A DNA stretch of 27,027 nt. It comes from Salpingoeca rosetta (Eukaryota; Protista; Choanoflagellata). The DNA lies in assembly GCA_033442325.1 (NCBI GenBank), contig JAWQFM010000027.1, positions 1 to 27,027 of the forward strand, written 5' to 3'. Below, in pieces: positions 10,657 through 27,027 of this stretch. Each line of letters opens with the position of its first letter. Position 1 is the first letter of the stretch. The position numbers were made by a program, and so were the translations under genes. A model generated the notes under the pieces. That model ran no database searches, was not told the DNA's origin, and saw only the letters and a program-made list of their open reading frames with translations.

Positions 10657-11157
10657 GGTGGTGGCACAGCGAGAGGGATGAGCCAAGTCGAGGACGCGAG
10701 GGTAACTGTTGCGGTAATGGGGGAAGGAGGTGAGGTGAGTGAGTGAAGGAGGTGAGTCTGCAACACCAAAAAGAGAGCAGCGTGTTGTGAGACGTGATGG
10801 TTTGCTGGTTCAGAACCACTCGTTAGTGTGTGTTGTTTTTGAGATGTATCTTGAGATGTGACGCACAGTGCATGCGTGTGTGTGCGTGTGTGTGCGCGTG
10901 TGTCGCACCACGGTGAAAGCGACAAGCATACTAAACTCAGCACGTCTCTCAAACCAACACAGGCGCAGACACACAGCAACACCCAAGGCAAGGCAAGGTG
11001 CCATGTCACAACTTATCGCAATCGCATCTCACCCGACGGGAGCACAGAAATCAGTGGCTGCGGCGGTGCGGAAAATTGATGCGTGATGTTCGTCAATTAT
11101 CATCGAGTTTGCCAGCAAATACGCAAGCAACCCACCAACACAAACAAGAAAGGAGAG

Positions 11158-11279
11158 ATGCAGCAGTGGACGATGATGACGTTGAGGGCGGCTGTGCTGG
11201 CGGTGCTGCTGGCATGCAGCTGCATGGTGGCCCTGGGCGCAGAGAAGCAGTGCTATGAATCTGTTCCCATGGTGTACAG
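11158..11279 (+). CDS. First exon of a secreted or membrane protein (signal peptide); the rest is lost at the gap
   Basis: MQQWTMMTLRAAVLAVLLACSCMVALGA|EKQCYESVPMVY followed by a strong donor CAG|GTATGT at 11280 and a GT-rich intron. Confidence 0.65.
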
Positions 11280-11469
11280 GTATGTGAGTGTGTATTCTGT
11301 GATTTGTGTGTGGTTGTGCTTCTGTTTGATGTGTTTGCTTGTGCTTCTGTTTGATATGTTGTGTGTTGGTTTTCTGTTGTGTTTGTGTTTGATGTGTTGT
11401 GTTGTTGCTCTCTTTGTGGTCCTTCTGTTGCCCTTCGTTGCTGTACTGATCACTCCTCGCGCTTGCCTC

Positions 11470-11569
11470 NNNNNNNNNNNNNNNNNNNNNNNNNNNNNNN
11501 NNNNNNNNNNNNNNNNNNNNNNNNNNNNNNNNNNNNNNNNNNNNNNNNNNNNNNNNNNNNNNNNNNNNN
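11470..11569. other. Assembly gap (100 N)
   Basis: N run. Confidence 0.99.
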
Positions 11570-11574
11570 GGATG

Positions 11575-12400
11575 AGTAGCATCCCTCTGCTCACTGCAAG
11601 CACACTTGCATGTGATTGTGCAGTGCTGCAGTGTTGCTCGCAAGCATTGGTAGCTTCTCCTACATGCATTGGATTCACTCCACCACGATCCGTTTACTCA
11701 TTGTAGACACACTTGCATGCAATTGTGCAGTGTTACTGTGTTGCTCGAAGGTACTCGTAGCTTCTCCTACATGCGTTGGATTCACTCCACAGCGATCCCT
11801 CTGCTCACTGCAACCATACTTGCATGCGATTGTGCAGTGCTGCTATGTTGCTCGCAGGCACTCACAACTTCTCCTGATTCGACTGGATTCACTCCACAAC
11901 ATCCGTCTGCAAACACTCACAACTTCTTCTGCTTGCATTAGATTCACTCCATTCCATCCCTCTACTCACTCGCAAGCACTCACAACTTCTCCTACTTGCA
12001 TTGGATTCACTCCACTACATCCGTCTACTCACTCGCAAGCACTCACAACTTCTCCTGCTTCGACTGGATTCACTCCACCACATCCCTCTACTCCCTGCTG
12101 TGTTACTCGCAGGCACTCACAACTTCTCCTACTTGCATTGGATTCACTCCACTACGATCTGTCTACTCACTGTTGTGTTACTCGCAGGCACTCACAACTT
12201 CTCCTACTTGCATTGAATTCTCTCCACGACATCCGCCTACTCATTGTTGTGTTACTCGCAGGCACTCACAACTTCTCCTACTTGCATTGGATTCTCTCCA
12301 CTACATACCATTGCTCGCTGCAGACACTTCATGCGTACGCTGCGTGTTGCTTGCAAGCACCCACAACTGCCCTTGCTTCCACCTTGTTCACTTTACAACA
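11575..12400. repeat. Complex minisatellite: nine good copies of a core of about 45 bp (consensus ctcgcaggcactcacaacttctcctacttgcattggattcactcca) plus degenerate copies
   Basis: The GGATTCACTCCA-like word starts at 11671, 11778, 11885, 11940, 12003, 12066, 12140, 12215 and 12289 (periods 107, 107, 55, 63, 63, 74, 75, 74). Confidence 0.92.
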
Positions 12401-15400
12401 CTCCTCCACTCACTCGCCACTGCTCCACTGCTTCGCCACCATGCCTGCACGCATCTGCAATCGACCCTTTATCATTCCACACCATCACTCACACACCGCT
12501 CTGTCACCCTTTCCCTCACCACTCCACGCCACTCCACTTCATTCAGTAACATCGCCTCGCTTCTTGGATTCACTCTCCAACATCACCTGCGCTTCCTCTC
12601 TCTCGCCTCCAGCAGCGATATGAGCAGGTGCGTAAGAAGCTTGCTGCAATCGCCTTCTCCTCTTCCCATTTTACCTTCTCTCAACGTGCATGCGTGCTAT
12701 TGCTTGCAATATTTGTGCTTATGCCTCCTTTGCTCCACCGCCACAATCACAACACAACACAAAACACAACACATCCATGCATGTGCCGCTTTGTCCCTTT
12801 GTCTCACCCTTCACTCACTTTTGCTTCCTTCCCTCTTCCCTTTGCCTTTCCACATTCCATGTGTTGCATTGTTGCTCTGCACTTGTTGCCACATGTATGC
12901 TTCATTCACCCTCGCCTCTCTCCTTCCCTTCCATCCACTCACCGCCACACAGCACCTCTCCACACAACATCACACATCCTTCACTTCACTTCACTTCACA
13001 CAACACAGCACCACAACACAACCCATTGTGTGCATTTGTGCTTCCCTTCGTCCCCTTCTTTCACCACCTTATCACCACAAGCCTTGTTTGTCCATTTCAC
13101 CTGCGTTCCACCACCCCTCCTGTCGTGTTTCAATTCTTGCCACTGCTGCTGTTGTTTCCATGCGCTCGCATGCCTTCCCTTGTCCATGTTCACTACTTTG
13201 TGCCGCCACTCCTTCCCTCCCATTCCCCTACCTTTCGTGCCTCGTTCATGTTTCATGCTGCATGTGCTACAGCACATCATAAACCCATCAAGCCCACACT
13301 GCCGCCTTCTTCAACATCAGCCCTGTTCACATCCACCACCACCAGTCGCTGCCATCATCACTCGCTTCATCCTCCCCCCTATCCCCACGCTCACAGCAGC
13401 TGCTGTCCTCACCTGCATGCAACACCCACTCCACAGCCACACGCCTAGCTCACCACCAATCCAATCCAAGTCACAACAACACACACCGTGTTGACTTCAC
13501 TGCAACCACCAACACCCATCCACCAGCACCAGTATCACACGATACACACCGTTGCACATGCGTGTTGCATTGTATATTTCCACTTCACTTCAGCAACACG
13601 ACAGCAAGCAAACACACACACACACACATGTGGAAAGAACAAGCGAGAAAGCATCCCCATATCAACTGCAACACACACACACAAACACACACAAAACAAG
13701 CGACAGCTCCATGCTATGTCACACCGCTTCAGTCCCCCATCAGCCGCCATTATCACCTTCAGCCAACAACAACAACAACAACAGCAGCAGCAACAGCAGT
13801 GTGCATGCTGTGGCAAGAGAAGAGAGAGAGAAAGGAAAAGGGAGGGAGGAAGGCAGAGGGATACAAGGAAAGAGACGTGCACGCTGTCAACAACAACACG
13901 CACACAACATAACACAATCAACACCACCCGCTCACGCTCCCTTCCTTCTCCAACGAGGCGCATGGCCTATGGCAGCCCACGTCTTGCTTGCTTGTCCTGT
14001 GCCCATGCTTGCTCGTGTCCTTGCTTGGTTGTGCGCGCCTTGCCATGGGTTCCAACAAACAGCCTGCACTTCCCCTGCACAAGCGTCCATGTGTGCATGT
14101 GCGTGTGAGGGGATGACAAAGAGGGAAGGGAGCAAAAGAGGAAGAAAAAGGGGAGAGATGGGAGGTGGGTGAGCACAGACGATGGTGATGGGCGCACACG
14201 ACGTGGCTGTGGTGAACACACACACACGCAATCACACACGATCACACAAGCACAGAGAAGCAGCAACGCACAACAGACACAACAGACACAAACAGGGGGG
14301 AAACAAGAGCAGCAGCGGTGCAATACACACACACGCACACACACACGCACCAAGGGAAGGACATCAGCCAGCCAGCATCATCCAACACCCCTTGCATCCA
14401 CTGGTCTATCCATGCACCAGTGGGGGTGGCAGCAGAGGGAGGAGAGAGACGGAGAGAAGGAAGAGTGTGCCTTGCCCTGCCTGCCTGTGTGAGGATGTGT
14501 GTCTGCACACCCACTCACTGTGTGTGTGTTTGCGTGTGTGTGTCACCACCAACACATCCACACACATGTGTGAGACAGAGGGAAGCAAGCAGCCACCACA
14601 CACACACACACACACATACAGTGTGAATCGCAAGCAGACACAGCATGAACGACTTGCACACAGTCACAGTCACGCACATGCAAGTGCAACGCACCGTGAG
14701 GTGGCATCAGACTGCTGGGTGTCAGCGTGTGCGTGTGTGTGTTCACACGCGTGTGTGTGTTCACACACGTGTGTGGGTTGATGCAGCCCATCATCCCTCT
14801 CTGTGTGTGCGTGAGCCAAATACATCCACAGCAGCAGGAGTGCGTGTGAGATCACATCACCCACCACAGCCACGTCCACCTCTCCCCCCTTCCTCCTTCA
14901 CACACAATCACACACCCACACAGCGGTCAAACCAATTGACAGAATTCGCCCAAACTCACGGTGCCAGCGTGCCATGGGCCTGTGCAGCACATATGTCAGC
15001 CTCACCGACCGTGGGCAATGCCTTGCGTGCCTTTGGCCCTGCACACATCCATGGTGTGGGCGCTGCTGTGCGTGTTCTCTGCTTGCACCTGTTCACCATC
15101 ACACCATCACCCACCACGCCCCACACAGTCCATGGAACCAAACGAGACCACCCACAACAGAACCGCCAGTGAGTGCCCGTCACAACGCGCACCCTCTCCC
15201 TCCTCTCCACCAACCTTGCGCCAGCCACGCACACGAACAACGCAACCCACCACCTCCCACTCAAACACGCACTCACCTTGATTCGCGTTTCGCCTGCTGC
15301 TTGCTTGCTTGTTGTTGGTCTTGTTGGTTCGTGTTTGGGCGATTGTGGAAGATGCCACAAATAATCGCCCACTGCTGTGTTTGTGCGGCAACTGCTGTTT

Positions 15401-18400
15401 GCTTTTGGCTTTGGCTTGTTGAAGGGCGGACTTGCTTGGTTGCTTGCTTGCTTGCTTGCTTGCTTGGTTGAGACAAGAAGAAGGAGGGGGAGAAGGGGAG
15501 AAGAAGGGGGACAGTGTGAATGCAACGCAGGTTCACATGCCTTGCAGGCTGAGGAGGGAGAAGAGAAGGGGAGAAGAAAAGGGGGGGGGATGGAAAGAAG
15601 AAGAAACAGCACACACACACACAGTTGTGGACAGCATGCACCCCTTCTCCTCCCTCTCTTCTCTTCTTCGCTTCCTCCCTCCTCCCCCTTTCACAGGCAC
15701 AACAGACAACCAACAGCCACAAAGGGCTGGAAGAGAAAACAAACAAGGGGGAAGGGGGCAACAGCCACCCAGCCAGATCGCCATGGAAGAAAGCGGCGAG
15801 GCGATGGAGGGGGAAAAGGAGAACACCGTCCATCAACACACACACGCACGCACATCTGTTGGGAGCCCCACGTCTTCTGTCCTTGCTTCCTCTTCCTCTT
15901 CCTTGGCCTGGGTTGAGTTGGGTTGGTTGAGGTGGCACAGCTCGCCATGGCGTGGCACGCGTGGATGTGGGTGTGGGCATGGGTGTTGGATGTGGATAGG
16001 TTCCTCTCTGTGTATGAAAAGGGGGTTGGAGGGAATCAGTGGAATGGGTGGTGGCAGCAGAGAGGAGGACGAAGAAGAAGAAGAAGCAAGGGGTGGATGT
16101 GAGCATGCCATGCGTGAATGAGCAACAACAGCGACACATGGGGCGCAATGATGATGGTGTGCTTGGTGTTGTGCGTGTTGTTGTGATGGCACAAGCACAC
16201 AAAGGTCAACCACACACACCTCGTCGTCGATCAACGCATCTGCCTGACATATGCGCACACGCGCACGCACATCTGCAGTCACACACACACACATGGCATT
16301 ACAGAATGAGACAGCGCACCATGCACACGCATGCACAGCAATGCAACCACCACAGCCGTCACAACGACAACATATCTCTCCCCTCATCTCCATCCCCAAA
16401 ATGCACGGTCACATGACCAGGTGCACAGCCGTGGTGGTGATGATGGCCATGATGAACGCCTTCCTCCCACTTTCCCTCAACCCCTTCCACCAAACACACA
16501 CAGCATTGCGTGCCCTCACCTCGTGCATCGTGTTGCAGTCGGCGTGGTTGATGGCGATGCACACACATGCACACACGCACACATGCACACACATCGCTGT
16601 GTGTCCTCGGTTGAGATGAGCAACGGAGAGGGAGAGAAATGGGCGACACGACACGATGGCCAGTCAAACCCAACTAATCCAATCCAGCATCCACTGCCGT
16701 GTGTTGCCTGCTGCAGTCATCATCACAATCACACAATCACACAGGTGCAAGCAACAGGAATGAGCCGCTGATATATGTGTCATTGTCATGTGATATTACC
16801 ACCACATGACATCACGTGCATGTGCACACGCACCCCCATCCCTCAACCAACATCATGCCCCACCTATCACTTTCCTTCCCTCCCTCCTTTCGCTCTGCAC
16901 TCCCACATCGCCTCATCACCATCACCACCGCCACCATCACCGTGTCACTTCCCTCCTTCCCCCGCTTCCCACCACTCGACACAACCCAGCCCACCAACCA
17001 ACCAACCAACCGCCAACGATCATCCTCACCTGTGCTTGATGCAGCCAACTAGCCAGCCGATGTGTCACAGCGAAGCCAGAAAATGGAAGCGCAATCACAT
17101 GCCACGACCACCATCGTCATCGCTGATGGAGCAGAAAGAGGAGATGACAGGGGAAAAGTGGTGGGCACGGGTCGTGTCCTTCCTTGTCTTCATCGGTGCA
17201 GCCCCAAACACGGCGCACAGCGCACATGCACGCACGGCCATCATCACAGCAGCAGCAGCAGCACAAGCAGCGAGCCAGCCTGCGTGCCTGTGAGGCAAGA
17301 AGAAACCAACCAGAGACGAACAACAATGACCGGTGATGGTGAGGACATGAAAGGAGGGACACAAGGGACCACGCACGGGAGCATGCATCATGTTGTGGGC
17401 GGGTACACCAGATGCACACAAGAACGACGAAGCAAGCGCCCAACAAGCAAGCAACCAGGCACACGATATGTCACCACCACCGCCACATCCACCACTGCTG
17501 CAATACCTGTGTTGGCCGCTGTCTCGATCACGCCTCAACAGCACCACATCGCATGGTGAAGGCTGATGATGATGATGACACAGAGCAAAGACGATTAGTT
17601 GGGAAAAGGAGGAAGGAAATTTGGTTGGGGAAACCCGCACACCTCCGCCTGCAGCCACGCACACACGCACACGCACATTGAGTTGTGTGATTGGTTCATA
17701 TGAGACACATGTCAGTGCAACCACCCCACAGCCAATGACTGCTCTGGTGTGTTGGCATGCATGTGTACATGCGTGCGTGTACGTGCGTGCGAATGAGTAC
17801 TACCACCCCATCACCGCACACACACACACACAGCGGCAGCCTCTCACCTTGCGCCTTCTTTTCTGGCACATTCGTGTGTGCGTGTATCGCTCTGGTCGTG
17901 TCATGAGGGCTTGGGAAGAGATCGGTCACCGTTGAGCAAATCACACACATGTACACATGCGCAAGCACAAACAACCAAATCAGCAAGAATCACACCACGC
18001 AGTGAGCCAGCATGGCAGAAACAAACCACGTCCACCTCCTTGTGCCACATTCACATCACCCACATCACCACCTGTGCACGCACATTTCACATCCCCACAC
18101 ACAGACACCATGACCACCGCCACAAGCAGCACATCTGCACATGCGTGTGTATGTGCCGTCTACATCCACCACAAATCACTCACCACCACCATCATCGTCG
18201 TCGCGCGAGGCGACGGCACATCGACGCACATCACATCCTGTGTGCGTGTGAAGAAAGAGGTGAGTTGTCACACAATCAGGCTGTCAATGACAACAACACC
18301 CATTGCCACCACCAACAGACCCAACGACATCCAAGCAAGCCTTCACAATCACACCCACACATGCTGATGTTCACACCCAACACATCACACACCACCCACA

Positions 18401-21350
18401 TCACCACAACCACCACCGCCATTCATCTCACCTCCACATCCATGGCAGCAGCCGCTGCTGTTGGTGACCAGTGACGACGACGAGGGAGGTGGAGATGGAC
18501 GATAGACAGATGGCCCGTTCATCCACAATGCAGCCACACATCAGCTGTTGTTGCTGCTGCTGGTGGTGGAAACGGTGAAAACAAACGGCCCCTTGCCACG
18601 CCGTGTCCTTTGCTCGCTCGCTTGGCTGCTTGGTTGGTTGGATGGAAGCGGGATGCATGACCCTGTGTCCAAATCAATCGAAAAGGGGGAGAAGAAGAAG
18701 AGACACATGAGTGGACAGAACAGACAAGGAAAGATGGAAGCGAAGAAGGAAGCACAACGTGTCAACCACACACACACACACACACATCTCAGTCGCCCTC
18801 TCACCTTCATCACTCGTCATCGTCATCGTCGTTAGTTCCACCGCTTCATGCGCCTCCTCAACGCTGTGAAACGTGTGTGCACGGACACAAGAAGGGGGAG
18901 AATGCAGGGGAATGAGGTGGACAGCGAAGCATCATCAACCACCCGCCAGCCCCATCCAATCACCCGCACTGATACACAACCACACGCACACATGTTGTCC
19001 CCACCACCACACGCACGCACACACACATGCTCACCTCTTCGTCAGAGCGACTGACATGTGCAATGTGTTCCTCACGCCAGATTGGAGCTGGTGTCGGCCG
19101 GGTGTGGTGTCGGCTGTGCGGTCCATGGCGATGATGATGACGGTGGTGACAGCGGAGCTGAGGTGGAAGAGAGAGAAAGGAGAGAGAAATGGGGAAGGTT
19201 GATGATGATGCTGATGGGTCGTTCATGGCGGCTTCCTTGCCCTCTTCTGATGTGGCCCTGGTGCGCATGCAACCAACACACAACGACAGACACATCAACA
19301 CACACAACACACAGGCGTGGCATGGGAGCACGGCAGACGTGTTCACCTTCCTGCCCCTCCTCTGCTTTCCTCCTCCTCGCCCCACGACACACACACACAC
19401 ACACACACACCTGCGCATAGCTGCGTCGCTGTGGTTGGATGTGCCCACCATGACCATGGACGTGTGTGTGTGTGTCCACAGCTGCTCCTCCCAATCCATC
19501 ATGTGTGCACCGCCAACCATCCTCCAACGATCCTCACGCAGTCGCTCCCCTGCAGCCACAAGCACAAGCACACACGCATGGCATGTGAGGTGCACAGCTA
19601 CACTGCTGCACGAGGCACAGCATCAGCAGCAACAGCAAACACTCACAGCAGCAACAACGCCAACACATGCACCATGTGCCAACCAAAGTATGCATGATGG
19701 GCTCACCTGGCCTTGCTCACGCATATGGGAACACTGCATGAACACAGCAGTGACAGCCGAATCGGGGAAGTTGCAGCAGCAGCAGCCGGCATGCGAGCCC
19801 GCTTCCAAGTGATGTGTGCTGGTACCTCACCACCTGTGCATATGTGTGTGTGTGTGCGTGTGGTTGCAGGGAACGTGGATGGGAACAGAACACAATAGGC
19901 AGACAGCAGGCCATCACGTCAGCACAGCAGAACGAGTGATTGACGTCACACGCACCACGTGTGATTGTGTGTGCGTGTGCGTGCGTGTGTCGGTGTGCGT
20001 GACCATCATCCCCCATCAACCTTCTTCCCCTTGTTCACTTCACCGCACCCCATCACCACACCCCCATCCCCCACCCCATCACACAACCAACCAGCCAACC
20101 ACTCATCACCACCCACATACCATGTGTGAGGCGAGTGCAGCTGGTACGCGTGACAAATATCCTCGACATTTCCCTCATCCTGCTTGTGCGTGCGCATCAC
20201 CTGTAAGTGTGGTTGTGTGCGAGCACCAGCATGGTGAGTGAGTGGGAGGGAAAGAGGGAGCATGGATATGTGCGCAGCTACACTGCTGCTGTCGCTGCTG
20301 GTGTTGTGCATGCAGGTGTGAAGAAGAAAGGGAAGAGAGAGAAAACAGACAACAGAAGGGAAGGAACAAGACATGCTGCACCCCATCCATCCATCCATCC
20401 CTCTTCCTCACACCACCACCACACACCACCGTCCTCTGTCACCAGCCAGCCAGTCACACCACACCGTACTCACCCAGCATCCCCCACCCCACCTCATCCA
20501 TCCATCCATCCAACACACATCTCCCCTCCGTTTTCCCTCTTCTTCACGCCCTCACCTCTGCTGCTGCTGCTTCCAACCGAAAATGCAACTTGTGCTGTCG
20601 CTACCTGTTCCCAGCTGCAAACAGCCAGCTCCCAGCAGCAGCAGTGGGCGATGGGTTGGTTGGTTGGTTGGTTGGTTGGTTGGAGGGATGTGTTCAGCGG
20701 CAAGCGGTGGTGGTGGTGGTGGTGCTGCTGCTGCTGCTGCATTGGCGGTAGAGGGTGTGTTGGCTGTTGTTGTTGTTGTGATGGCCGTCAGGGAGGGCGA
20801 GAAAGAGCGGGAAAGACGAGCAGTGGCTGCAAGTTGGAGAATGTGCAGGTGTGCAGGCAGTTGTGTGTGAGAACGAAGAAAGAGACAGCGCATCAAGCAA
20901 GGCAAACCAGGCAGCCGCACGACACACATGTACACATTGATGTGGGACAACAAGGGGAGACAGAAGCAACAAAGACAGCGAGCACAAAACACGCACACTG
21001 GTGTTGTGCGCAGCATACACATGCACATGCGGTGGTGCACTCACGTTGCTCATCGCTTGCTTGTTTGTGGTGTGAGTTGGTGTGGCTGCTTCCACAGCCG
21101 CACAAGGGTGGCTGGATGGTCATTACATGGCAGCGCCCGTCTGTTCATCCCACCAGAGCAGTGGTGGAAGGAGATGGCAGCTGCTGGCTCAAAGGGCCCT
21201 CTGTGTGGCGACAGCAGAAGGAAGGGGAAACAAGCGTGGAAGTTGATGGTGGTGGTGAGGATGGGAAGGGAAGGATGTGAGCAAAGACACAAGAAAATGA
21301 GAGGGTGGTGGCGACGGCGTGTGATGGGTGGAGAACAAAACACGCACGTC

Positions 21351-21412
<62 letters not shown>

Positions 21413-21423
21413 AACACGCACAC

Positions 21424-24435
<3,012 letters not shown>

Positions 24436-26479
24436 GAGTGATGAGTGGTTCAGTGTGTGCAGGTACACACCAGCAGCATCATCATCATCAGCAGCAGCAG
24501 CAGCGGCGTCGGCCGCAATGCACCCGCAACAACAACACAATTCGGTGGTCGCACCTCATGTCACCATCATCCTTGTGCCGGAACAGCGTCTCCCCTTCCT
24601 CTCTTCAACTTCCAGGCATAACCTGTGGCCCAAACACGCACGAGGAACAGAGATCAGGACAACACATCGCAGCACAAGATCAAACGATTGCAAGCAAAGA
24701 ACAGACAGCAGACGCATGGAAGAATGACCACGTCGACGTCACATATTCACACACGCTTACACATACAGTGTGCGCATACCTTTGAAAGCAGTCGCTCTGT
24801 CCCGCCATGAGCAGCACCTTGCCAATGTCACTAACACTCTGCTCCGTCGACGCAACCAAGGGCATCCAGTGAATGGCAACCTGGTCGGTGACGGTGGCGA
24901 GATGGGCGTTGCAGTGAGCGAGGGAATGTGCGCAGGAGTGATGAGCCGTCATCACACGGTTGCCGAGCGTAACGAGAAGCACACACACACACACACATCG
25001 CTCACTGTCATGATGAGACGGGGGCATTCCATCATCATCCCCAACACTCATGTCCAGCGAGATGATGCCGCGCAAGCGGGCTGTTGTGGGGTGTGTGTGC
25101 GTGAGGAAACCACGTGTGCAAGGGGCAGGTGATGAGCACTTACAGCGTGCATGCCATGTAAACTGACTTGATTGCAAGCTGGGGGATGAATGATGTGTGA
25201 CTGTGATCACGACAGAGGACTGACCGATGTCAGCGCAAATGCTGTGATTGCTCACCCCTGTACCGCTGTGGAGGTGCGTCCCACTCAAACGTGGCCTTCT
25301 GTATTGCTGGTGTCTTGGTCTCCACCACTCTCAGTTGCCGATTCCTGTCTGTTTGTTGTTTGCGTGCGAGGAAGAGACGATGCAACCGTGAGAATACACG
25401 TGCCAACAGCAGCAGCACCAGCAGCAGCAAGGCAGCAGCAGTGACAGCAGGGATTGTGGTTTGGATATCGGATCACCACCGTGCACTGATACACACACAC
25501 ACACATGCACAACATACACATGAGCGGAGGTGTGATTGCACCCACCTCGCAGGTGGCCGTGAGTGACACTGCTTGTCGCTTGCCTTGTGGTGTGCGTGTG
25601 TCAGCGGCACGTGTTGCCAGTGCACTCTCAAGAGCGTCGTTAGGTTTCTGCAGGCCACTGCCATAACCAACCACAAGAGAACAGCACACATGTTCACGTT
25701 AGCCAAGCACAACAACGACGACCTGACGACGACGAAACCACCACTTTCAGCAGACCCACAGCCCCCTGCACACATCCTTGTGCCACAAGAAGAAGGAAAG
25801 AAGGGAGTTCACAAACACACCCACAACAAGACAGCAACAGCAACAACCGACAGCACTGCCACCACAAACAGGACACCGCGTCCCACGTTCACATACTTGG
25901 TCGCCTGACGCATGGAGCGAACGAATAGTGCCCAAGAAGAAGAAGAAGGACAAGAAGCAGAAGTCGAGGAAGGAACAGTGGGCATGATGTGTGTTGGCTC
26001 ACCTGAGGATCGTTGACATGACACCTGTTTTGTGTGCATGTGTGTGTGTGTGTGTGTGTGTGTGTCTGTGTGTGTGTGTGTGTGTGTCTGTGTGTGTGTG
26101 TCTGTGTGTGTAGGTGTGTGTGTGTCAAAGACCTTTCTTCCACATTGGTCTGGTTGGCTGTTGGTGACTGGGTAGCGATCACCAACAATCTCCTCTTGCC
26201 CTCTCTCACATCTCTCTTCTCCCCCATGCTGCTGTTGCGGTGACTGCCACATCACCCCCACCTTCCTTCCTTGCCTTGCCTTGCCTCGCTGTGTGCAGCA
26301 AAGAGAACAAGAAGAAGAAGAAGAAGCGAGTAGGCGAGTGAAAGCGAGTGCAAGCAAGTTTGGGCTGCTGCATCTCCACAGTCGTGTCATCGACTGATTT
26401 CAGGTTTCCCCGTCTTCTTCTGCACAAACACGCACAACAGCCGTTTGTCGTGGCTGGTTGCGCGCCATGCACGCACACC

Positions 26480-26527
<48 letters not shown>

Positions 26528-27027
26528 CGCTGCATTCGCTGCGACGAAAGGAAAGGATGTATGGGGAGGTGCGGTTTGGTCACACTCAGCCACAACAACA
26601 ACCACAACAACAGCAGCAGGGAGCAGCAGGGAGCAGGGGGATATTGATGATGATGACAATGACACATGCAATCCATCAATCAATCAATCAAGCAGACGAG
26701 CAAGCAGGCAAGCGAGCAAGCAAGCCAAACAAAGGGACATGTGTTCATTCACTCCGCTTGGACGAGCGACACGCCCACCACGTGGTGCGTGCGTGTGTGT
26801 TGTACTCACTGCTCTGCCCTCCTTTACACGGTTCCTCCCTGCCTCGCAGTCCTCTCTCCCTTTCTTTCCTTTGCACACCCCTTGCTTGACCTGCTCTCTG
26901 CACACCCTCTCTTCTCCACTCCCCCCCCCCTCACTCACACGTCTCAAGTCACCTCCCTCTCACCCCCTCCCCCTTTGCCTTTGGCTGCAACGCTGTGCGT
27001 CTTCATCTTCACCACCACCATCTGTGT

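Noticed and set aside
9372-10733. Plus-strand ORFs of 165 and 263 aa
   Set aside because: They are antisense shadows of the GC3-biased Shr3-like genes.
11630-12310. CRISPR-like repeat-spacer array
   Set aside because: The linkers are homologous to each other and vary widely in length, the context is eukaryotic and there are no cas genes. It is a minisatellite.
11616-13494. Long plus-strand ORFs of 335, 428 and 288 aa, possibly mucin-like or a continuation of the 11158 gene
   Set aside because: Repeat periods of 107, 55 and 74 are not multiples of three, so the frame is not preserved between units. Overlapping open frames reflect C/A/T-rich, stop-poor composition.
14030-14080. GEVQAVCWNP as a WD40 repeat fragment
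   Set aside because: Too short, and no supporting neighbouring repeats were found.

Overview
Eukaryotic, very intron-rich, (GT/CA)n-laden DNA in three contigs joined by two 100-N gaps. The style fits a choanoflagellate such as Salpingoeca rosetta (inference). Almost all supplied ORFs are microsatellite translations, so the real genes were rebuilt by hand from exons. In order: the 3' 11 exons of a CARM1/PRMT4-type arginine methyltransferase (181-3488, +); a 5' gene fragment with a C2H2 finger and a C1 domain (3868-5536, +) whose last exon looks like the missing CARM1 upstream exon; an intronless PARP-like ADP-ribosyltransferase domain after an Asp-rich tract (5894-6867, +); a ZIP13-like SLC39 transporter lacking its HEXPHE exon (7336-9177, -); two tandem intronless Shr3-like 4-TM ER proteins (9399-9863 and 10125-10613, -); and a signal-peptide first exon (11158-11279, +). 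After the second gap come a variable-unit minisatellite and about 15 kb with no intact gene, containing a multi-exon exostosin (GT47) pseudogene riddled with small insertions (about 21424-24435, -). All homology calls come from remembered family motifs, not from searches.
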